Shown one piece after another: positions 36,472 to 43,753 of a stretch of DNA of 64,000 nt (within the stretch, counting starts at the first letter, position 1; the number at the start of each line of letters is the position of its first letter). The notes under the pieces are model-generated. The model was not told the origin of the DNA. It made no database searches and was given only the letters and a program-made list of their open reading frames with translations. The DNA is from an uncultured Rhodanobacteraceae bacterium (GTDB lineage: Bacteria; Pseudomonadota; Gammaproteobacteria; Xanthomonadales; SZUA-5). The stretch lies in assembly GCA_937928755.1 (NCBI GenBank), contig CALEZI010000127.1, forward strand, positions 36,098 through 100,097, given 5' to 3'. Made by a program: the position numbers and the translations under genes.

Positions 36472-36538
36472 GAGCGGTGCACCCTGGCGCTGGGCCCCTG
36501 CGGCGTCCGCGTTCGGCGCCGCGTGCGTCGATGAAAAA

Positions 36539-36563
36539 GGGGCAGGGGGCAGGGGGCAAGGGG
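36539..36563 (+). other. G-quadruplex-forming motif in the rapZ / EIIA(Man) spacer
   Basis: GGGGcaGGGGGcaGGGGGcaaGGGG: four G-runs of at least 4 with 2-3 nt loops on the sense strand. Confidence 0.5.
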
Positions 36564-36709
36564 TCTGCACTGTCGTCGGCCCGGACTCTATCGCGCTTCG
36601 AGTGCGACATCTCGCGATCAGCCGTATCGGCGCGGAAAGGCATTCCCCCTTTCCCCGGCCGCCAGTCCCTTTTTGCGTCGGCACTGATTCCGCTGCGCAG
36701 GCATCGCTC

Positions 36710-37099
36710 ATGAGCGTCGGTGTGCTGCTGGCTACTCACGACGGGATCGCTACCAGCATGCTGGCCGCTGCACGCCGGGTGATGCGCGTTCTGCCGCTCA
36801 AAGTGGACATTTTTGAGGTACCTTGGGACGTCGGCGATGCCGAAGTGCGCACCCGCGCCCTGCGCCAGTCTCTGCGTGAACTGGACGAAGGCATGGGTGT
36901 GCTGGTGCTGGCGGATCTGTACGGCGCATCACCCTTCAACCTGGCGGCAGAACATGAGCCGGGGCGAACAGTGGTGCGGGTGGCCGGATTGAACTTGTCG
37001 ATGCTGCTCAGGGTGTTGAACTACCCCGAGCTGGCTTTGCGGGAACTGGCCGAAGTGGCCAGAGACGGTGGACGATCGGGGGTGGTGATCGATGGTTGA
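36710..37099 (+). CDS. PTS EIIA component, mannose/fructose family
   Basis: MSVGVLLATHDGIATSMLAAARRV... (EIIA-Man His in ATHDG), 129 aa. The 245-aa track ORF is an upstream extension across the spacer. Confidence 0.8.
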   Translation: MSVGVLLATHDGIATSMLAAARRVMRVLPLKVDIFEVPWDVGDAEVRTRALRQSLRELDEGMGVLVLADLYGASPFNLAAEHEPGRTVVRVAGLNLSMLLRVLNYPELALRELAEVARDGGRSGVVIDG

Positions 37100-37361
37100 A
37101 CGCGAGATCACAGTCAGCAACCGACTTGGCCTGCACGCGCGCGCGGCAGCCAAGCTGGTGCAACTCAGTGGTCGTTACGCCTCACGCGTTTCGCTGATCT
37201 GTCGCGGTCGCGAGGTCAACGCACAGAGCATACTCGGCGTCATGATGCTTGCTGCCGGTAAAGGAGTCGTGGTAATCGTGCGTGCCGATGGTGCCGACGA
37301 GGAGGGCGCATTGCAGGCGGTGGCCGAGTTGTTCGATCGTCGCTTCGACGAACCGGACTGA
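37092..37361 (+). CDS. ptsH: HPr family phosphocarrier protein
   Basis: 89 aa. NRLGLHARAAAKL (His15 region) and AQSILGVMMLAA (Ser46 region). Confidence 0.85.
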   Translation: MVEREITVSNRLGLHARAAAKLVQLSGRYASRVSLICRGREVNAQSILGVMMLAAGKGVVVIVRADGADEEGALQAVAELFDRRFDEPD

Positions 37362-37411
37362 CTCATGCAGCCCTGCGCGCGCCGAACACGGGTTGAATCG
37401 GGAGGCGTCGC

Positions 37412-39145
37412 ATGGCGCTGATCCTGAGCGGGCAGGGCGCATCCAAGGGCATCGGCATCGGCCGCGCGCGGGTGCTCGAAAGCGGCGGCGTCGAAATCCC
37501 CGAGTACACGCTGGATCCCGATCAGATCGGTGCGGAAATCGATCGCTATCGCGCGGCCGTGTCCGCCGCGCGCGCCGAACTGACCGTGGTTGCCGATCGC
37601 CTCGGACCGCAAGTCGCCAGCGAGGTGCGTGAGTTCATCGAGACGCATTTGATGATGCTCGAAGACGACGCGCTGGTGGAGTCGCCCATCGAGTTCATCC
37701 GCGCGCGATCCTGCAACGCCGAGTGGGCGCTGAAGCAGGCGCGCGATCAGTTGTTCGCCGCCTTCGAGCAGATGCAGGACGACTACTTCCGCTCGCGGCG
37801 CGACGACGTCGATCAGGTGGTCAAGCGCATCGCAGCAGCGCTGGTGAATCGGCCGGCGCGTTCGCTGTTCGTCGAGGAAGACGCGCTCGACGACACGGTC
37901 ATCGTCGCCGACGACATCGAACCTGCCGAACTCAACGGCCTGGCCGAGCGCGGACTTGCCGCCTTCGTCATCGAAACCGGCGGGCCGCTTTCGCACAGTT
38001 CGATTCTGGCGCGTTCGCTGGGCGTACCGTGTGTCGTCGGCGTGCGTGGTGCGCGGCAGATGGTGCACGAAGGCCAGTTGCTGATCGTCGACGGCGATCG
38101 CGGCTTCGCGCTGATCGATCCGGATGGCGAGCGCCTGACGCGCTACCGCGAACGCCAGCACGAGCAGAGGCGGCGGGCAACGCAATTGTTGCGACTTGCC
38201 GGCACTGCGGCGCGTACCGCCGACGGCGATTCGATTCGGCTCTGGGCCAATGCCGAGCAGCTCAAGGATCTGGATCTGGCGCTGCGCCATGGCGCCATTG
38301 GTATCGGGCTGTTTCGCACCGAATTCCTTTATCTCAACCGGACCCAGCCTCCCGAAGAGGAAGAACAGTACCAGTCCTATGCGGACGCCGTGAAGCGCAT
38401 GCAGGGACACCCGGTCACCTTGCGCACGCTGGACATCGGCGCCGACAAGCAATTGCCGTTGGGCCAGGATCCTGCGGAGGCAAATCCGGCGTTGGGCTTG
38501 CGCGGCATTCGCCTCAGCCTGAAGTTTCCGGATCTGTTCCGCACGCAGATTCGCGCCATCCTGCGCGCGGCGATGCATGGACCGGTGACCATGTTGCTGC
38601 CAATGCTGGGAGGCCCCGAGGACGCATTGCGGGCCCGCGCCTTGATTCGCGAGGCGGAAGACGAACTGCGCGCCAGCGGCGTTGCCTTTCAGGAACGCGT
38701 GCCGGTAGGCGGCATGATCGAGGTCCCGGCAGCCGCAATCGCCGCCCCGCGCATGGTCGAGATCCTCGACTTCATTTCCATCGGCACCAACGATCTGATC
38801 CAGTACACGCTGGCCATAGACCGTGGCAACCAGGCCGTCGCGCGTTGGTATGAACCGCTGCATCCGGCGGTGCTGCGACTGATCAGTTCGGTCATCGACA
38901 TCGCGGTGGCGATGGGCAAACCGGTGTCGCTATGCGGCGAGATGGCCGGCGACACGCGTTATACAGCGCTGCTGCTAGCCCTCGGGCTGAGCGATTTCAG
39001 TCTGCATCCGCGTGGCATCCTGGAGCTCAAGGAAACCCTGTCGCGGCTGCAGCGCAAGCCGCTGCTGGGCTTGAAACGTCGCATCCTGGAGTGCAACGGT
39101 GGCGACGAAGTGACCGCAGTGCTGAAGTTGGCGACGGGGCGCTGA
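37412..39145 (+). CDS. ptsI: Phosphoenolpyruvate-protein phosphotransferase (PTS Enzyme I)
   Basis: 577 aa. GGPLSHSSILARSLGVPCVVG (active-site His), FRTEFLYL, SIGTNDLIQYTLAIDR, VSLCGEMAGD. Confidence 0.9.
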   Translation: MALILSGQGASKGIGIGRARVLESGGVEIPEYTLDPDQIGAEIDRYRAAVSAARAELTVVADRLGPQVASEVREFIETHLMMLEDDALVESPIEFIRARSCNAEWALKQARDQLFAAFEQMQDDYFRSRRDDVDQVVKRIAAALVNRPARSLFVEEDALDDTVIVADDIEPAELNGLAERGLAAFVIETGGPLSHSSILARSLGVPCVVGVRGARQMVHEGQLLIVDGDRGFALIDPDGERLTRYRERQHEQRRRATQLLRLAGTAARTADGDSIRLWANAEQLKDLDLALRHGAIGIGLFRTEFLYLNRTQPPEEEEQYQSYADAVKRMQGHPVTLRTLDIGADKQLPLGQDPAEANPALGLRGIRLSLKFPDLFRTQIRAILRAAMHGPVTMLLPMLGGPEDALRARALIREAEDELRASGVAFQERVPVGGMIEVPAAAIAAPRMVEILDFISIGTNDLIQYTLAIDRGNQAVARWYEPLHPAVLRLISSVIDIAVAMGKPVSLCGEMAGDTRYTALLLALGLSDFSLHPRGILELKETLSRLQRKPLLGLKRRILECNGGDEVTAVLKLATGR

Positions 39146-39221
39146 GAGAGCACCGCGATGCCGCAAGCATTCGCGGCAACCCGGCTCGAAGATCCTTGCG
39201 GGTGTACACACCGGACGACCC

Positions 39222-39761
39222 ATGAAAATCACTGAACGCGACACTCTGCTCGGCTCGCTGAAGTCCCGGTTCGAAAAGAACATGCGCCGGCATCAGGAGC
39301 TGGCGTGGGCCGACGTTCAAGCCCGGCTTGAGGTCACCTCCGCTGCTTTGCTCGCGCTGCAGGCGATGGAAGCGACCGGCGGAGAACCGGACGTTGTCGG
39401 TCGCGACGGCTCCCAGGTTCTTTTCTGTGACTGTTCTGCGGAGAGTCCACAGGGTCGCCGCAGCCTTTGTTACGATCAAGCGGCGCTTGCGGCACGCAAG
39501 GAAAACAAGCCCAAGGGTTCGGTCGAGGAACTGGCTGCAGCCATCGGCATCAAACTGCTCACCGAAGCGCAGTACCGCCATTTGCAGACACTTGGGACAT
39601 TCGACCTCAAGACATCGAGTTGGATCAGCACGCCGCAGGATGTCCGTGCGCTCGGTGGCGCGCTGTTCTGTGACCGGCGCTATGGCAAGGTCTTCGTCTA
39701 TCACAACGGCGCCGAGTCATATTACGCAGCGAGAGGTTTTCGCGGCTGCCTTTGGGTCTGA
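39222..39761 (+). CDS. DUF4256 domain protein
   Basis: 179 aa. LQAMEATGGEPDVVGRD...FCDCSAESPQGRRSLCYD...YRHLQTLGTFDLKTSSWI, recalled as the DUF4256 pattern. Confidence 0.65.
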   Translation: MKITERDTLLGSLKSRFEKNMRRHQELAWADVQARLEVTSAALLALQAMEATGGEPDVVGRDGSQVLFCDCSAESPQGRRSLCYDQAALAARKENKPKGSVEELAAAIGIKLLTEAQYRHLQTLGTFDLKTSSWISTPQDVRALGGALFCDRRYGKVFVYHNGAESYYAARGFRGCLWV

Positions 39762-39920
39762 GGAACCACTGAACGAGTTCGAACCACGTCGACTGTCCGC
39801 GATTCCTCGTCCGCTATTCCTCGACTGTCCGCTATTCCGTCCGGTCCGCTATTCCTCGGCAACGGGCGCTGAGTTGCAGGGATTCTGGCGCAGGTCACGT
39901 AGCCCTGCGGGCAACGTGAC

Positions 39921-40934
39921 CTACATCTGGAACCGCGCCGCATCCACCCGCAGCCACTCCAGCGCCGTGCCACTGAGCAGTCGTTGGCGCTGTGTGTCGT
40001 CGATGTCCATGCGCCGAATGTGGGAACCGGGTTCCTGTTCGCCGAGCGGGAACGGGTAATCGGTGCCGAGCATCAACCGCTCGGCGCCGCAGGTGTCGAT
40101 CAGGTAGGCCAGCGCCGCATCGTCGTGCACGCAGGTATCGAAATAGATGCGCTTCAGGTACTCGCGTGGCGGCCGTTGGTTGTCGACCGCCACCAGGTCG
40201 GGACGCATGCGGAAGCCGTGTTCGATGCGGCCGAGCGTGTAAGGAAACGAGCCTCCGCCATGGGCGAAGGCGATGCGCAGCTTGGGCAGACGCTCGAGGA
40301 CCCCGCCGAAGATCAGGCTGCACACCGCGCGCGATTGTTCGGCCGGCATGCCGACCAGCCATGGCAACCAGTACTTGGGCATTGATGCCGCGCCCATCAT
40401 GTCCCACGGATGCACCAGCACCGCGCAGTCGAGTTCGGCGCAGGCGGCGAAGAAATCGAACAATTCCGGCGCGTCCAGGTTCCAGTTGCCGCAGTGCGAG
40501 CCGATCTGCACGCCGTTGAGGCCCAGTTCGCGCACACAGCGTGTCGCTTCGGCAATCGCCAGTCGCGGTTCCTGCAAGGGTACCGTGCCCAGCGCGAGGT
40601 AGTTTGCCGGGTGGGTGCGACAGATCTCGGCCGAGTGCTCGTTCAGTGCTCGGTGCAACTCCAGCGCCTGCTCGCCCGGGGCCCAATAGCAGAACATCAC
40701 CGGCACCGTGGAAATCACCTGAACGGAAACGCCGAAACGGGCGTAGTCGTCGATCCGCATCTGCGCGTCCCAGGTGCGCGGCTGGATTTCGCGGAAGAAC
40801 TGTCCGTCCTTGAAGATGCGGTGACGTCCGTCGCTATGGTCGATGCTCGGAAAGCGCGGGTCGTGGTGGCGCGTGGCCAGATCCGGCCAGTCGCGGGGCA
40901 GCACGTGCGCATGGGTATCGATCTTGAGGCTCAC
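39921..40934 (-). CDS. Amidohydrolase-2 family decarboxylase (ACMSD-like)
   Basis: VSLKIDTHAHVLPRDWPD...VQIGSHCGNWNLDAPELFDFF...VLVHPWDM...FAHGGGSFPYTLGRI...GTDYPFPLGE. GTG 40934 is preceded by AGGAAC. An alternative GTG lies at 40958. Confidence 0.75.
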   Translation of the reverse strand: MSLKIDTHAHVLPRDWPDLATRHHDPRFPSIDHSDGRHRIFKDGQFFREIQPRTWDAQMRIDDYARFGVSVQVISTVPVMFCYWAPGEQALELHRALNEHSAEICRTHPANYLALGTVPLQEPRLAIAEATRCVRELGLNGVQIGSHCGNWNLDAPELFDFFAACAELDCAVLVHPWDMMGAASMPKYWLPWLVGMPAEQSRAVCSLIFGGVLERLPKLRIAFAHGGGSFPYTLGRIEHGFRMRPDLVAVDNQRPPREYLKRIYFDTCVHDDAALAYLIDTCGAERLMLGTDYPFPLGEQEPGSHIRRMDIDDTQRQRLLSGTALEWLRVDAARFQM

Positions 40935-41011
40935 GTGTTCGGTTCCTGCCGGGGTCACCCGCTATGATAGCGGGCTGCAACGCCACTCCCGGCGTCGATC
41001 GGAGGATACCC

Positions 41012-41341
41012 ATGGATGTGATGCAGCGGATTCAGGCTCTGGTGGATGCGCACCCGGTGGTGCTGTTCATGAAGGGAACACCGCAATTTCCGATGTGCGG
41101 TTTCTCCTCGCGCGCGGTGCAGTCACTGAAGAATGTTGGCGCCAGTTTCCATTCCGTGAACGTGCTCGAGGATCCGGAGATTCGCGCCGGACTTCCGCAG
41201 TTTGCCAATTGGAAGACCTTCCCGCAGCTTTATGTGCATGGAGAACTGATCGGCGGCTCGGATATCGTGGCCGACCTCGAGGCTTCGGGCGAGCTCCAGC
41301 GCATCGTCGACGAAGCACGCGCCCAGGCGGGTGCGGCTTGA
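41012..41341 (+). CDS. grxD: Monothiol glutaredoxin (Grx4 family)
   Basis: VVLFMKGTPQFPMCGFSSRAV (CGFS site)...WKTFPQLYVHGELIGGSDIV. ATG 41012 follows GGAGGA. Confidence 0.9.
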   Translation: MDVMQRIQALVDAHPVVLFMKGTPQFPMCGFSSRAVQSLKNVGASFHSVNVLEDPEIRAGLPQFANWKTFPQLYVHGELIGGSDIVADLEASGELQRIVDEARAQAGAA

Positions 41342-42126
41342 GTGAATTGCTGCCCACGTTCGTGCCGCCGGCCGAGTCATGGTCCGGCGCGGGACTCGGC
41401 GGCCGTCAGATCCTGATTGTCGGTGCATCCGGGGCGCTCGGGCGTGCCTGCGCGCTGGCCGCTGCCGACCATGGCGCCAGCGTCGTGCTGCTTGGACGCC
41501 GGGTGGCGTCGCTGGAGAAGCTGTACGACGAGATTGAGGCACTGGGTGCGCCGCAGCCGGCGATCTACCCGATGAACCTGGAGGGCGCCACGCCGACCGA
41601 CTACGCTGAACTGGGGAACCGCATCGTCGACGGCTGCGGTCGGCTCGATGGCGTCGTCTGCGCAGCGGGCCGTCTGCACGGGCTCACGCCGATCGAACAT
41701 TTCGAGCCGGAAGAGTGGCTGCGTACGCTGCAGGTCGGCGTCAACGCGCCGTTCTTGTTGTTGCAGTCGTTGCTGCCGGCGTTGAAAGCATCGATCGCGC
41801 AACCGAAAGTGATGTTTTTCCTCGATGACATCGAGCGCGCCACGCGCCCTTACTGGGGCGCCTATGGTGTCGCCCAGGCCGCACTACGGGCTTTGATCGG
41901 CATGGCGGCTGGCGAATGGAGCGAGCAGGGCGTCGCGGTGATGGGTGTGCAGCCGGCGCCATTGGCGAGCGCATTCCGGCGCAAGGCATTGTTGGGCGAA
42001 TCGGCTGAGGGACTGGTTGCCCCGGCGCGCTACGCTGAACTGGCAACCTGGCTGCTTGCGCATGCACCGTCCGAGTGGACCGGGGCGCTGATCGATGGGC
42101 GGAATCTGCCCGCAGTGGCCAACTGA
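41338..42126 (+). CDS. YciK-like short-chain dehydrogenase/reductase fold protein with atypical catalytic residues
   Basis: ILIVGASGALGRACALAAADHGASVVLLGRR (Rossmann fold). The active-site region reads FFLDDIERATRPYWGAYGVAQ instead of ...SS...Y-x-x-x-K. No ATG is available, so TTG 41338 overlapping the grxD stop (TTGA) is used. Confidence 0.6.
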   Translation: MSELLPTFVPPAESWSGAGLGGRQILIVGASGALGRACALAAADHGASVVLLGRRVASLEKLYDEIEALGAPQPAIYPMNLEGATPTDYAELGNRIVDGCGRLDGVVCAAGRLHGLTPIEHFEPEEWLRTLQVGVNAPFLLLQSLLPALKASIAQPKVMFFLDDIERATRPYWGAYGVAQAALRALIGMAAGEWSEQGVAVMGVQPAPLASAFRRKALLGESAEGLVAPARYAELATWLLAHAPSEWTGALIDGRNLPAVAN

Positions 42127-42134
42127 GCGTCGCC

Positions 42135-42734
42135 ATGGAAGTGATTTCCGCCGCAATCCTGTTGTTCCTGATCATGGATCCGCTCGGGAACATCCCGGTG
42201 TTCCTGTCGCTGTTGAAGCAGTTGCCGCCAGCGCGACGACGTTTCGTGCTTGCGCGCGAGCTGCTCATCGCGCTGGTGGTGCTGCTGTTCTTTCTCTATT
42301 CGGGACAGGCGCTGCTGGAGTTGCTGCATCTGCGCCAGGAGTCGGTCAGCATTGCGGGCGGCATCGTGCTGTTCCTGATCGGCATCCGCATGATCTTCCC
42401 GCCGCAAGACGGTCTGTTCGGCGACATTCCCGAGGGCGAACCGTTCATCGTGCCGATGGCGATTCCGTGTGTCGCCGGCCCTTCGACGATTGCTGCGCTG
42501 ATGCTGCTGGCCAACGATGGCCCCGGTCGCCAGCTCGAGTGGACGCTGGCGTTGGTCGCGGCCTGGTTGGCCACCGCCGTCATCCTGTTCGCGGCGACCG
42601 TGCTCTACCGCTGGCTCGGCGAGCGCACTCTGGCGGCGTTGGAGCGGCTGATGGGCATGCTGCTGGTGGCGATCTCGGTGCAAATGTTCCTCGATGGCGT
42701 GGTCAAGTACCTGAAGACCGCGCCGCTGGTTTAG
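42135..42734 (+). CDS. MarC family (UPF0056) integral membrane protein
   Basis: MEVISAAILLFLIMDPLGNIPVFLSLL...VPMAIPCVAGPSTIAALMLL. 199 aa. Confidence 0.8.
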   Translation: MEVISAAILLFLIMDPLGNIPVFLSLLKQLPPARRRFVLARELLIALVVLLFFLYSGQALLELLHLRQESVSIAGGIVLFLIGIRMIFPPQDGLFGDIPEGEPFIVPMAIPCVAGPSTIAALMLLANDGPGRQLEWTLALVAAWLATAVILFAATVLYRWLGERTLAALERLMGMLLVAISVQMFLDGVVKYLKTAPLV

Positions 42735-42811
42735 TGTGGCGATACCGCGGAGAGTTCGCGGGCGAACACGACTGTCTCGCCGAACATATCGCAAGTCGTT
42801 GAAAGAATGGA

Positions 42812-42926
42812 TTTGTCCGCAAAGGACGCAAAGGACGCAAAGAGAGCAAAGAGAGCAAAGAAGCCAAGGGTTGGTGCATTGCTGGCTTCGCTTTCCTTTG
42901 CGTCCTTTGCGTCCTTTGCGGACAAA
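42812..42926. repeat. MITE-like inverted-repeat element, copy B
   Basis: A 31-bp perfect terminal inverted repeat: tttgtccgcaaaggacgcaaaggacgcaaag (42812-42842) and ctttgcgtcctttgcgtcctttgcggacaaa (42896-42926). The arms are built from 9-mer tandems (cgcaaagga x2, gagcaaaga x2). Confidence 0.75.
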
Positions 42927-43044
42927 AATGCACACCCCATGGTCGCGAACAGTTCGATGCGCGAATGAGCGCGCCGGCAGGCGACCAGGACTGCCAAGGT
43001 ATCGTAGCGAAGCCTGCACGCCCGGTCTCCGAGCCTACCCACCC

Positions 43045-43503
43045 ATGCGTCCCACACTGCTGGTCGTCCACCACAGCCATGGCTGGCGCACCACGCGCAT
43101 GGCCGAGGCGATTGTCGCCGCGGCGCAGGCAACCGACGCTGTCGATGTGATCGCGCGGCGCGCCGCCGACGCCACCCTGGCCGATCTGACCTCAGCCGAT
43201 GGCTATCTGTTCGGCACGCCGGAGACCTTCGGTTCGATGAGCGGATTGCTCAAGGATTTTTTCGAGCGCACTTACTATCCGGCGCAGGATCGGTTGCGCG
43301 GCCGCCCCTATGCGCTGTTCGTGTGCGCGGGGAATGACGGCAGCGGCGCGGTGGCGTCGATCCAGCGCATCGCGCGTGGTTACGGACTGCGCGAGGTACA
43401 GCCCGCGCTGATCGTGCGCAGTGATGCAGTGGAGTCGCGGCGATCCGATTGTGAAGAATTGGGCACTTTGATGGCGCTGGGACTGTCGCTGGGCGTGTTC
43501 TGA
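43045..43503 (+). CDS. Flavodoxin-like fold protein (NAD(P)H-dependent FMN reductase/WrbA-like)
   Basis: MRPTLLVVHHSHGWRTTRMAEAIV...ADGYLFGTPETFGSMSGLLKDFFERT. 152 aa. The track ORF starts upstream inside the repeat element. Confidence 0.6.
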   Translation: MRPTLLVVHHSHGWRTTRMAEAIVAAAQATDAVDVIARRAADATLADLTSADGYLFGTPETFGSMSGLLKDFFERTYYPAQDRLRGRPYALFVCAGNDGSGAVASIQRIARGYGLREVQPALIVRSDAVESRRSDCEELGTLMALGLSLGVF

Positions 43504-43753
43504 ACCCGCGGGACGGGCCTTTCCGAGTCGGCAATGGAGCTTGCGTATCAGTATTGACGCAGAATCTGAGGACTTCATGGGCTGATCACGGTCGTTCAGT
43601 GTTCGATGACATCGGCGCGCGCTGTTAACAAACCGTCATCCAGCGCTGTTAAACTCCGCTTAATTCCCGCTGCTGAGTCCACCCTCGATGACCGATCGAG
43701 CCGAAGTGGGCCTCGGTAGTCCAATCCCGCAACACAAAGGTCAGGCAGTCGCC

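Noticed and set aside
36362-36709. N-terminal 116-codon extension of the EIIA(Man) ORF, and the 88-aa ORF 36447..36713 across the rapZ/EIIA spacer
   Set aside because: The translations are low-complexity (Gly/Ala/Arg from the G-tract) and overlap the rapZ 3' end. The conserved EIIA N-terminus MSVGVLLATHDG begins at ATG 36710.
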